From NCBI RefSeq assembly GCF_009914755.1, contig NC_060940.1: a stretch of DNA of 64,000 nucleotides. The stretch is one strand, 5' to 3'. Shown piece after piece: positions 13,801 through 46,807 of the stretch (positions are counted from its first letter, which is position 1; every line of letters begins with the position of its first letter). Both the position numbers and the translations under genes were made by a program. Source of the DNA: the human T2T-CHM13v2.0 reference genome, Homo sapiens. Under the pieces are notes generated by a model, which was not told the DNA's origin, made no database searches, and worked only from the letters and a program-made list of their open reading frames with translations.

Positions 13801-14671
13801 TGGGGGTCTGGAGGGAAGGAGGGAGGGCGAGGAGTGGGAAGAGGGGACTCCAAACGTATTCATTCATGTATTGATTTATTCATTCAGTCAGTCAGTCATT
13901 TCTGAGCAGATTTGAGCCCAATACTGTCCCCGGTTTGGGGAATACAAAGGTGACCCAAACAGACCTCACCTCAGTGTGAGAGAGAGAACATCATTTAGCA
14001 GAGAAATCTCTAATTATAAACCGCGACGGGCTGGGTGCAGTGGCTCACACCGGGAATCCCAGCACTTTGGGAGGCCAAGGCAGGCAGATCACCTGAGGTC
14101 AGGAGTTCGAGACCAGCATGGCCAACATGGTGAAACCCCGTCTCTACTAAAATACAAAATTAGCCGGGCTTGGTGGCGGGCACCTGTGATCCTAGCTACT
14201 CAGGAGGCTGAGGCAGGAGAATCACTTGAACTCGGGAGGCGGAGATGGCAATGACACGAGATTGCAACACTGCACTCCAGCCTGGGAGACAGTGAGACCC
14301 TGTCTCAAAAAAAAAAAAAAAAAAAGGAGAATAATAATTATCAACCACGGAAAGTGTTTCAAAGTGTCTGGGTGACCACATTTCTCCAGCACCCTATGGT
14401 CAGGTCACTGATGGGATCTCAGAGGCAGTCTTAGAGCCTCGCAGGTAACTATTTCCTCTTGGCACCTTTCTGTGTGTTCCTTGGTGTCTGCTCCCCAACC
14501 CTCCTTTTAAGCCCATTCCTCTAAGGGTGTCTCTGCCTTAAAATCAAGAAAGTGACAAAAGTCAAGATGCAGATCAGGGCCAGGTGCAGTGGCTCACGCC
14601 TGTAATCCCAGCACTTTGGGAGGCCGAGGCAGGCGGATCACGAGGTCAGGAGATCAAGACCGTCCTGGCTA

Positions 14672-14954
<283 letters not shown>

Positions 14955-14958
14955 TTAG

Positions 14959-15418
<460 letters not shown>

Positions 15419-15742
15419 TAAAATAATCAGTCCCTCCCTTCAAAAATAGAATTGGGGCGGGGTGCCATGGCTCATGCCTGTGAGTCAGAGGTTGTAGTGA
15501 GCCGAGATCGCGCCACTGCACTTCAGCCTGGTGGCAGAGCGAGACTCTGTCTCAAAAAAAAAAATTGAATTGGACATTTATCAACTCTCTGGAAGGGGGA
15601 CAGTTTTCTAAGGTTAGAAGTCATGGCTGGGCATGGTGAAAGGAAGAGGGAAGGGTGCTGGTCAGTAAGCAGCAATAGCCACACACTCTCAGTCAGGTGT
15701 GAAAGTGAAATACAGACATTTTTGGCCAGGTGTGGTGGCTCA

Positions 15743-15970
<228 letters not shown>

Positions 15971-16829
15971 CTACAGCTTGGGCGACACAGCAAGACTCTT
16001 TTTTTTTCTTTGAGACAGAGTTTCACTCTATCGCCTCCCAGGCTGGACTGCAGTGGTGTGATCTCCGCTCACTGCAACCTTCGCCTCCTGTGTTCAAGCG
16101 ATTCTCCTGTCTCAGCCTTCTGAGTAGCTGGGATTACAGGCAGGCACAGCCATGCCCAGGTAACTTCTTTTTCTTTTTCTTTCTTTTTTTATTTTTTATT
16201 TTTTGTATTTCAGTAGAGATGGGGTTTCGCCATGTTGGCCAGGCTGGTCTCAAACTCCTGACCTCCTGATCTCTCCACCTCGGCCTCCCAAAGTGCTGGG
16301 ATTATAGGCGTGAGCCACCGTGGCAGCCCTGACTCTAAAAAATAAAAAATAATAAATAAATAAATAAATAAAACCAGACATTTTCATGCTTGAAAGTTCT
16401 CAGAACATTTGGCCAGGCATGGTGGCTCATGACTGTAATTGAAACACTTTGGGAGACTGAGACAGAAGGAATCCTTGAGTTCAGGAGTTGGAGACCAGCC
16501 TGGGCAACACAGTGAGACCCCATCTCTACAAAAGAGAAAAAAATGTACTCCCTATGCGTGATTGTTGGAAAACCACCAGAGGAAAGATGCTCTTCAGCTA
16601 AAAGAGTAAAAAATCAAGAAAGCACAAGCTGTGGTCTGTGAAATGCAGACGTGGAACATGGCGGAGTACTGAAGGAAAGCTTGAGGCTGATGGTGAGGGA
16701 CATTCTGGAAGGATAACTGTGCGCCAAGTCTAGAGGGCAGTCAGTGCTCATTGTGACACTGTGACTCAAGAGATAGGAAAGCTGGGACTGTCGTGATTGT
16801 GCTGTCATTGCACTAGCTCTTTAACCTGG

Positions 16830-16990
16830 CCAGATTACTGGAAGATGTGTTTCACCTAAACAAGGTGTAAACTGAGGAGGAGGAAGACAAGAGATCCAGG
16901 ATGTGGGGAATCCAAATCAGGAGAAACCCAAGAGGGATTACAAGGATGACAGCTGGGGGATGTCCCAGTGATGGCAGCAGTGGCCCGTCT
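16830..16990 (+). mobile_element. Old L1-related (HAL1-like) fragment
   Basis: TACTGGAAGATGTGTTTCACC...GAGGAAGACAAGAGATCCAGG resembles the recalled HAL1 consensus; not verified. Confidence 0.45.
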
Positions 16991-17479
16991 GGAGTGGTCG
17001 CTGTGAAGACACCAGCTGCAGTGGGGGAAGCATGGCCGGGTCTGTGCCCTTCATGGACCTGGAGGGGCTGGGAACAGACGGGAGCCCTGCCCCTTCTGAG
17101 TTGGCAGGGTGGGGAGCCCTGCCTTCCCAGGCACATCAGCAGCCACCCAGCTGTAGCTGCAGACCGGGGCATCCCTGTGCTCTCGGGGGGCCTGGAAGGC
17201 CCCCGGCCCCCACAGGCTCAAAGCGCCTGCTCCTGCTGCCTGGCTTCTCCCTGTTTCCAGCGCCCACTCCAATTTCAGAGCAAAGTTGAGGTCGAGACCA
17301 GGTGCTGTTGGAACCTGGCTGGGTGTGCCCGTGTTGGGGCAGTGCTGACGTGCCAGTCCCCTGCCACACTGGCCATCTCCGGACTTTGGGCGCTGATGAG
17401 CATGGGAGGGAGGCTGAGGGGGTGCTGAGGGCAGTCTCGAACTCCTGACCTCAGGTGATCTGCCTGCCTCGGCCTCCTA

Positions 17480-17950
17480 GCCCTGTCTGTGTTCCTTTAT
17501 TTATGTTCTAGGAAAGAACGTATTTCCTGATCATTCGGGTTGTTGGCAGAATTCAGCTCCTTGTGTTTTAGGGCTGAGGTCCTGGCTTTCTCATTGGCTG
17601 TCAGCTGAGGGCTGTTCCCAGCTTGTATGTGCCACTGTATTCCTTGGCTGTGGCCCCTTCCTCCATCTGCAGAGCCAGCAATGGTGGGCTGGATTCTCAC
17701 TTTGCATCTCTCTGACTCTTCATCTATCATCACATTTCTCCTTAATCACAGCTGGGAAAGGTTTTCTGCTAAAAGCCAACTCCTATGATTCGATCAGGCC
17801 CACTGGGATGGGCTGGGATAATTTCTCCACCTCAACGTTATTAACTTAATCACACCTGTAAAATCTCTTTTTGCCATGTAAGGTCATGTACTCACTGATC
17901 TGGGGATTAGGACATAGACATCTAGTGGGGCTGTTACTCCACCTGCCACG
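17480..17950 (-). mobile_element. MaLR LTR (MLT1-type)
   Basis: TTGTTGGCAGAATTCAGCTCCTTG...CTTAATCACACCTGTAAAATCTCTTTTTGCCATGTAAGGT...GGGATTAGGACATAGACATCT are typical MLT1 motifs. Confidence 0.75.
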
Positions 17951-17979
17951 CTGGGCTTCTTCCATGCCAACTCCAATGA

Positions 17980-18401
<422 letters not shown>

Positions 18402-18612
18402 TGAATAATGATGCTTGAACTTGGGTGTACAAGTATCTCTTTGAGACACTGCTTTCAGTTCTTTTGTGAATATACCCACAAGTGGAATTGCTGGAGCAAA
18501 TGGTAATTCTACATTTAATTTTTTGAGGAATAGGCAAAATGTTTCCCAAATTTTTAAGAGAAAATTAATGACTAAATATTGAAGATAATCCAACTTCTAA
18601 AAATACCCTTAA

Positions 18613-18891
<279 letters not shown>

Positions 18892-19563
18892 TGAGATTAC
18901 AGGCATGAGCCACCGCACCTGGCCGGTGGTCCTTAGTTAATAATATTAAAGTCCATTCTGAAGAAAATGCCATTTTGATTGTTATGCAAGCAATCAAGTA
19001 AGTCTTACTGATTTCATGCCATTGATATTTAATCTAGCGTCTGAAGGAGAAAAAGTGCTCCTACAAATAAAACAAATTGGCTGGGTGTGGTGGCTCACAC
19101 CTGTAATCCCAGTACTTTGGGAAGCTGAGGTGGGAGAATCACTTGATCTCAGGAGTTTGAGACCAGCCTGGGCAACATAGCAAGACCCCATCTCTATAAA
19201 CAATAAATTTAAAAAAGTTAGCCGATTGTGTGGCATGCACCTGTTGTCCCAGCTAGCTGCCGACCAGGGCATCCCTGTGCAGCCTCCCAGTGTTAGGAGG
19301 CTGACATGGAAGGATGGCTTGAGCTCACGAGTTACAAACCAGCTTGAGTAATATAGGGTGACTCCATCTGTAAACAAACAAACAAACCTCCTACTAACTG
19401 AACAGACAAAACTGTCTCACCCACTCTGTGTTGCTCTACATCTGCTTCAGGATGAAATCCATATTCAAAACAAGCAGAACAAGGCCGGGCGTGATGGCTC
19501 ACCCCTGTAATCCCAGCATTTTGGGAGGTTGAGGTGGGCGGATCACCTGAGGCCAGGAGTTTA

Positions 19564-20059
<496 letters not shown>

Positions 20060-20909
20060 TCAACAAATAAACAAACAAAAAAACAAAACAAGCAGAACAA
20101 ACGATAACCCAAATGACAAGGGAAAATGAGTTCAGGTCGGGCGCAGTGGCTGACGCCTGTAATCACAACACTTTGGGAGGCTGAGCCGTGGGGATCACCT
20201 GAGGTCAGGAGTTTGAGACCAGCCTGGGCAACATAGTGAAACCCTGTCTCTACTAAAAATACAAAAATTAGCTGGACGTGGTAGCGGGCACTTGTAATCT
20301 CAGCTACTCGGGAGGCTGAGGTGGGAGAATCACTTCAATCTGGGAGGCAGAGCTTGCAGTGAGCTGAAATTGCGCCACTGCACTCTAGCCTGGGCGACAG
20401 AGCGAAACTATGTCTCAAAAAAAAAAAAAAAAAAAAGTTCAAACATCACAGAGATATTGATAGGAAAAATTTCACCCAAGACATTCAATGAGTCAGCTGA
20501 CCTCACCACATCTGTAATTGTCATATTCCCCCAAAACGTGTCAAGGGAAGTCAGGACTTCAACACCCACTTCAGGAACCATTTTTATTTTATTTCATTTT
20601 ATTTTAATTTATTTTTTGAGACAGGGCCTCACTCTGCTGCTCAGGCTGGAGTGTAGTGGTGTGATCTCGGCTCACTGCAGCCCCAACCTCCTCAAACTCA
20701 GGGGATCCTCCCACCCCAGCCTCCCCCGTAGCTTGGACTACAGGCACTCACCACCATGCCCAGCTAATTTTTGTATTTTTTGTAGAGATGGGGTTTCACT
20801 ATGTTTTCCAGGCTGGTCTCGAACTCCTGAGCTCAAGTGATACACCCATCTCGGCCTCCCAAAATGCTGGGATTACAGGCATGAGCCACCGTGCCTGGCC
20901 AAATTTTAA

Positions 20910-21288
<379 letters not shown>

Positions 21289-21289
21289 T

Positions 21290-25250
<3,961 letters not shown>

Positions 25251-25252
25251 TA

Positions 25253-25594
<342 letters not shown>

Positions 25595-25612
25595 CTACAT
25601 AAAAGTAGCTTA

Positions 25613-25786
<174 letters not shown>

Positions 25787-25957
25787 TCAGCTACTGGGAG
25801 GCTGAGACAGGAGAATCACTTGAACCCAGGAGGCAGAGGTTTTGGTGAGCCTAGATTGCTCAACTGCACTCCAGCCTGGGTGACAGAGTGAGACTCCATC
25901 TTAAAGATAAATAAATAAACAAATAAAATTTAAAAAAAGCAGTTTCTGGTAAATTGA

Positions 25958-26136
<179 letters not shown>

Positions 26137-26889
26137 TAGTAGAGGTGGAGTTTCTCCATGTTGAGTCTGGTCTCAAACTCCTGACGTCAGGTGATCTGCC
26201 CGCCTGGGCCTCCCAAAGTCCTGGGATTACAGGTGTGAGCCACCGTGCCAGCCCTATTTATTTATTTCTTGAGGCAAAATCTCACTCTGTTGCCCAGGCT
26301 AGATGGAGTGCAGTGGTGCAATCTCGACTCACTGCAATCTCCACCTCCTGGGTTAAAGTGATTCTCGTGCCTCAGCCTCCCGAGTAGCTGAGATTACAGG
26401 CACCTGCCACCATGCCTGGCTAATTTTTGTATTTTTAGTAGAGATAGGATTTTGCCATGTTGGCCAGGCTGGTCTCGAACTCCTGACCTCAGGTGATGCA
26501 CCCACCTCAGCCTCCCAAAGTGCTGAGATTACCACACCTGGCCATGTTTGGATCATTTTCTAAAAGCAGTTGATATCTACATTCAAAAGTTGTTTCTTGG
26601 CTGGGTGCAGTGACTCACGCCTGTAATCCCAGGACTCTGGGAGGCCGAGGTGGGCGAGTCACCCAAGGTCAGGAGTTCGAGACCATCCTGACCAACATAG
26701 AGAAACCCCGTCTCTACTAAAAATACAGAAACTAGCCAGGCTTGGTGGCGCGTGCCTGTAATCCCAGCTACTCAGGAGTCTGGGGCAGGAGAATTGCTGG
26801 AACCCAGGAGGCGGAGGTTGCAGTAAGCCAAGATCGTGTGTCATTAGAACCACAGTGAGGCCGGGAGCGGTGGCTCACGCCTGTAATCA

Positions 26890-28540
<1,651 letters not shown>

Positions 28541-29829
28541 ATTTTTGCCTCGCTTTCTTCTTTGGGGGCCCCTACCTAACTCATGACGTTCCCTTCTCTC
28601 AGAGCATAGGAACTAGGCCCTGGCTGCTTCAGGCTGTTCTCCCTATCTCAGGATGTTGCATTTCCAGCACGTTCCACAGTTATTCTTGGGAAACACAAGC
28701 AGGAAAGGGATTTACCTGGGTGGAATCGCAGTGGCTGAAAAACTGTGGCGGCCCCTGCAAGGAGACCCAGGCTTCCCTGGCTTCCGAGGGCCCATGGTGG
28801 GCATCCACCATTCACAGCAAGGTTGGGGGATGCTCAGTGCCTGGGAGCCATCAGTCTGGAAGGCTTCCTGGAGGAGGCGAGACTTAGGCCAGTGAGGTCA
28901 GTGACTGGGGGGCATCCCGGGAGGGCCCAGCAAGAAGGGGACAGGGCCCTGGAGAACAGGATGAGGCAGAAGCAAAGGTACAGCCTCCCAGAGGCCCAAG
29001 GCGGGGTCCCACTGACCCCTTTCAGGCCAAGGGCAGCAGGAGGTGGAAACCTCAGGGGCCCCCATAGTGTCCAGGCTGGTTTCCAGGCTGAGGGGCTCAG
29101 GGCGTGAGGCCTGAGGGGCCCAAGTGGTCTGAGATGACCCAAGCTGGGCAGCCCTGGTAAGGTTACGTGGTGGGGGTGGAGAGTGCTTGGGTGAGGTGGG
29201 GTTGGAGCTGGGCCTCAAAGGACCCAGAACCCTGAGGTTTGAAGCCTGGATATGGCAAAGCGTCAGGTATACCATAGGCACTCAATCATTGTGTGCTCGA
29301 CAAATTTTTGTGTTTTTTTTTAACCCTGAAGTTTACTTTGTTCATACTCAAAATTTAAAATGTGCTGAGCCTGCTGCCCCAGGATGTTCCTGTGCAGGGT
29401 GAGCCTCTCATTCTGTGGGGTCCAAGAGCGGGTTCTGCCAGGCCATCTCACAGCTCCCTCCCATGGATGGGTACAGGAGAAAAAAGCAGCATCAGCAGAG
29501 GCCTTGCCTGCAGGAGGGCGACAAAAGGCAACAAAAGGAGGGAGGGGGCCTCAGGGTCTTAGAGAGCCGAGCTCCAGTCCTAGCCTTGACCCCAGCCTCC
29601 CACACCCATCCTGGGCCTCCCTCTAACTCTCGGGCCCTGCACTGCCCTAGGGACCCCCAGCCAGGCCCTCCCCAGCTGAGGCAGTGCTCTCTCCTGACCT
29701 GCAACTGGCTTCTTCCTGATGCCCCACCTATTCCTCGCAAAGCAACCTTGGAGGCAGTAATGCCTGGCACCCAGCTCTTCACAGCCATGTCAGCGTCAGG
29801 AGTGACCTCAAAGGCTCTAGAGACGGAAT

Positions 29830-35135
<5,306 letters not shown>

Positions 35136-36149
35136 CACAGAGGCCTTTCTCGTGGGAGTGGAAGGGAGGCTTTGCGTTGTCTGTGTTGGAGATCATCCCT
35201 CACTCTAGAGCTGTGCTGCAGCCAATACTAGGGTATGGGGTGGCTGTGTTAGGAGGGAGGAGATGATTTCACTGTAAGTGTGCAGCTTATTTAGGAAAAG
35301 TGTAAAGCGTCCTCGAAAACTTGCCAGCCAGCTGGACGCTGGGGGAGGCTCTGCTTCTCCAGGCAAGGATGTGGCAATGCCCGACAGGACGGCGGGCCTT
35401 CTCCTGAGGCGCGTGGTTCTGCCACCGGCACATCCCCAGGCCTTCGCAGAATGGAGGCCCAGGGTGCACAGAGCAGGGAAAGTGCTGCTGGCCACACCCC
35501 CTTGGCCAGGATACCCCCACCCCAGCCCTCTGTGGGTGTCTGGACCAGGATCTGCTCCTCGGAGGACCCCCACAGGGCTCCCACCCTGCTAGTCTGAAAT
35601 CTGCTCCCTCCTGTACGACCCTGTGACCCTGTCATGGGACTTCATCCCAAGTCACCTCACCCTGGCTCCTCCACCATTAAGGTCCACGGTGTCCCCATGG
35701 GCAGCCAGAAGCCATCCAGAGGGTGGGGCATCTGGAGAGTGTTTGGAAAGCCGGGCCCCATTCCTCATACCTCACCAGGTGCCGGCAATGGATACAGATG
35801 GAAGCATCCACAGAGCGGCCATCCAGACAGTGGAGGAAAATCTGGATGGATTCCTTTCTGGTTTGGGAGCGGGGAAGGCTTCCTGAGCACCATGCAAAGC
35901 CAAGATCATTGCTCTCACTACTTACAAACTGAAATCTTCTGCAACAAAAACAACAAACATCGTTGGTAAAGTGTAAACGGATGCTGTCAACTGGAAAGAA
36001 ACATTTGGCAGGTCACATGAGAAACAGACCCAGTTTCCTGGATATTTGCAGGCGTCTTGGAAAAAGAGAAGAGGAAGGCCAAAGACCCCAAAGAAACAGA
36101 GTGAAGGGACCTGTGATTCCTTTGTGAACACCACTACCCCATGATGAAG

Positions 36150-36550
36150 GGGAATCGAGGTAGAAGGGAGGATGCCACTGCTGGTTTTCAGATGGAGAGA
36201 GTGTCCTGAGGATCTGGGGCCCAGTGTGATCACAAGGGTCTTGAAATGTGCAAGGTCAGGCAGGAGCCTCAGAACATGGAGAGGCAACAGGGGAAAGCCT
36301 TGTCCGCCACTACTGGCTTTGGGGATGGAGGCAGCTATGAGATAAGGGTCTCAGGCAGCATTTGAAGCTGAAGGCAAGGAGATGGATTTCTCATTGAGAG
36401 CCTCCAGGCAGCAACACAGTCCTGGGGCACATGCGTTCCAGCCGGTGAGACCCCTGTTGGACTTCTAGCCGCAGAACCGTCAGGTCCGATACTGGAGTTT
36501 ATAGCCACTTGGTTTGTGCGAATTGGCTGCGGCAACCACAGGAACCTCAC
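36150..36550 (+). mobile_element. MaLR LTR (MLT1-type)
   Basis: GCTGAAGGCAAGGAGATGGATTTCTC...GAGCCTCCAG...GGACTTCTAGCCGCAGAACCGT...GCAACCACAGGAA. Confidence 0.7.
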
Positions 36551-36677
36551 GTGGGGTCTGCACACACAGTTCACAGGAAGGGAAATTAAAATGACCTCTC
36601 ATGTACAGAGGATCCTCAGTCTCATAACAGGGAAACGCAAACTTCTTGGGGAGAGAGGCAAAAAGCAACACACCCTG

Positions 36678-43800
<7,123 letters not shown>

Positions 43801-44149
43801 AAAACACCCCCAAATCGTAATAACAAATATAAATCCTTGCACTCAAATGGACAGTTCATTACGTGGTACCGCGTCCTGTTGCGGATCAAGGCCACCTGAG
43901 TTGGTTAGGACAGCTAAGCGGGACGTCCAGGGCTGCTCGCCAGCGGTGGGTCTAGATATGAACTTGTGCTTGAGCAGCCCAGCGTCTTACAACTCTGCTG
44001 TGAGGACGGCTGGCTGATTATCAGGCCCAGAATCACGGGCTTAGAAACATTAACAGGAAGTACGGTACCGAAAAGTGGAAACTTTAAGGTGCTTATTATT
44101 TTCCTCCTGCCTTGTTCCTGTATGTGCCGCTTCACCGGTATCACGTCCT

Positions 44150-45660
44150 GGGTCTGGTGGGACCCCGGCCTGGCTGCCCTACCGGAAGCTAAGAAAACTC
44201 CTCCCCCAGGGGTGGCCGTCGGGCCTCAGCCCGGTCTACAGCGGGAGAACGTGGCCCATGCTACGGGTAACTGGTTGGGCCCCTGGTGCAGGTCTAGGGC
44301 CTGCAGCCAGGCTCGGGGCCTCCGGGGGTGCCCGCTGGCTGGGGTCTGAGGCGGCTTCTCTCGGGTACGGGAAGGCGGACTGCTGTGCAGCTGCGGGCTC
44401 GCTCGGGAAACCCAAAGTCACACGAAAGCGGCAGCACCACCGCGGCTGGGATATCGTCTCCCAACATGGGGAGACAAAATGGCCGCCACGCCCCGAGCCG
44501 AAATTACATCCGGGCTCCGCGACACGCCCGAACCACAACTCCCAGAATGCTCTGCATCGACAGCGGGAGACGAGACGCGCTCGGGCGTCGCTTTGCTGCC
44601 GCTAGGCCCTGTGCTCCTCCCCGCAGCGGAAGGCCTACGAATACGCGGTGTCTTACGTCGCTTCCTCCGTTCTTCGTTGCACTGGCCAACGGGACGCTTA
44701 GTCTTTCGGCAACGGGGTGAAACCTTCCTTGTGCCTGAAAAAACGGTACTTCGCGGTGTGGCTTCGGCGCCTGCGCAAAAGGCCGCGGGGCGCACTCCAG
44801 TTCCCGGCAGGCCCCGCGACGCGCGTTTGCGTGCTGACGCACGCAGTTAGTCGTGCTGACGTGCAGCGCGGCCCAGGCGGGGTGCGAGTGGCGCAGTCGG
44901 AGCCCGTTGCGGCCCCTGAGGAAGCGAGGAGGCGTCGGCGTCGGCTGAGGCGGGCGGACCGGCGAGGCGAGGCGGCGGCCCCAGGCCCGAGGGACTCGGG
45001 AGCTCGAGCAGCGGCGGCGGCAAGACCTCTCCCCCTCGGAGGCGGCGGGCGGAGGCGGCGGGTGAGAGGGTGAGGGAGCCAGCGAGCCGGGTGGGGGAGG
45101 GGCGGCGGCCCCGGCGCGAGGCCAAAGCGCGCGGAGAACTGCCCAGGCCGCCGAGCTCCTCCGCGCGCACGCGCGCTCGACGCCCTTCGCTGGCGCGGAC
45201 GCCCTCGCCTCCCTTCCCCCTTCCCGCCGTTCCTGTCGCGCGCGGGCTTCACCCCCCCCCCCCGCCCCTCCCCCATGACAACGGCGTTCGCAGCCGCCTG
45301 TACTCGGGTTCGCGAGCGCCCTTGGTGAGGGGGGAGGGCGCGCGCCTCGGCTTCACTCCTCCCCCCAACATGTGCCGCCGAGGTGGCCTTCCTGCAGCTG
45401 CCGTTTTCGGCCCTTAAGTGGCGGGGAAGGGGCGGCGGCGGGGGGCTTGCTCCTGGACCCTTGCCCCCGGTTCCAGATCTCCTTTCCTCGGGCTTCTCTT
45501 CGGCGTTGGGCTGCCCGTGTCGGGGGCCTCCCAGACTGCGGGACGCCGCGCAGCCCCCTCCCCCATTCCGCAAGGCCGAAAATAGGCCCCCGGCGCTGCG
45601 GGGAGGGCCTTGAACTTCGTGGGCCGGATTTAAATGGTTTAGGATTCCCGGCTATCAGCC
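44150..45660. promoter_or_regulatory. SRRM2 / SRRM2-AS1 bidirectional CpG-island promoter
   Basis: CpG-dense and TATA-less. YY1-type CAAAATGGCCGCC at 44475-44487; ZNF143/SBS-like sites at 44531-44555 and 44794-44818; two GTGCTGACG half-CRE repeats at 44831-44861. Confidence 0.88.
44850..45061 (+). other. SRRM2: SRRM2 exon 1 (5' UTR; start approximate)
   Basis: GC-rich leader ending at donor GGCGG|GTGAGA (45062). Confidence 0.75.
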
Positions 45661-46509
45661 TTTGAGTTGTTAGTGGCGGGGAGAAACCCCAAATCTTAAA
45701 AACTGTGAAGAAAGTGAACGTGTTCAGTTTACATTTGTAAGGTAGACCGTGCGTTCCCTTTTTACACTTTTTCAACGTCTCCCGAGAATTCGTGTTCAAA
45801 CTAAGGAGGCTTTTGGAGACCTTCGTTGGGAAGAAAACGCCAGACTCATATATAAGTTTTCTGGTTGGTTTCAGGCGTTCTTTGGCACACAGCTCTTCTG
45901 AAGCTTGGTTTCCACTCGGCTTCAGTTAGGACGAATCTGGATCAGAATTTCAGAGTGTTGTGTTGTCTTTCATCCTAAGTGCGTGGGCTTAGGGCTCTTC
46001 AAAAGCTACTATTTTAGCTTTCTGGGTTCTTTGTGTCCACTCAGCCGCTCTGGAGCGCCCCGGTGCTGAGCTGGCTGTGCTTGCTGATGTCCATTTTTTT
46101 CGACAACCCTTGTCTCCCCTTTTTCTCCCCTTTTGGTACCGTTTTCTTTTTTGCATATTTTACTGTTGAATTTAAATATATCTTTCTACTTCATTGTTAG
46201 CTTACCACTCAGATAATTTCCCAACAGAAAAGGGTGTTTTTGTCTTCCTTTGTACTTTTTACTTTCTGCTTTTAACTTGGGTAACTTTTGCATATCCACT
46301 GTCTATGGCCCCCACTTTAAGAGTTTTGTAATATCGTTTGGTTTGGTGATTTGTGTGTGGTGTTGATCTTCCTACTTTCTGTGTCTTAACACACCCCTTA
46401 GATGCCGTGGGGTCGTCGTCTTTTTTTGTGGGGTGGACTAGGTGGCTCATTCCCTAAAAGTTCTCCGAAACATTGTGACCTAATATCCTTTGCTTAGCAC
46501 CTACTGGTT

Positions 46510-46807
46510 TTTCTTTTTTTTTTTTTTCCGAGACGGAGTCTAGCTCTGTTGGCAGGCCGGAGTGCAGTGGCGCGATCTCGGCTCACTGCAACCTTCCGCC
46601 TCCCGGGTTCAAGCGATTCTCCTGCTTCAGCCTCTGGAGTTGCTGAGATTACAGGCAATCGCCGCCGCCCAGCTAATTTTTGTATTTTTGGTAGAGATGG
46701 AGTTTCACCGTGTTGGCCAGGCTGGTGTCAATCTCCTGATCTGGTGATCCGCCCACCTCGGCCTCCCAAAGTGCAGGTGTTACAGGCGTGAGCCACCGTA
46801 CCCGGCC
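46510..46807 (-). mobile_element. AluS in SRRM2 intron 1
   Basis: Poly-T plus Alu body with a CTGGTTTT target-site duplication. Confidence 0.9.

Noticed and set aside
13036-13915. 275-282 aa ORFs in several frames
   Set aside because: Typical stop-codon depletion of a CpG island; low-complexity R/G/P/A composition.
35723-35932. IWMDSFLVWERGRL resembling IL-32 TWWHGVLAWVKEKV
   Set aside because: A different frame of the same DNA gives an equally weak IL-32-like match, which shows the resemblance is at noise level.
44075-45799. Multiple 100-290 aa ORFs over the SRRM2 promoter
   Set aside because: CpG-island artefacts; the real SRRM2 start is at 48583.
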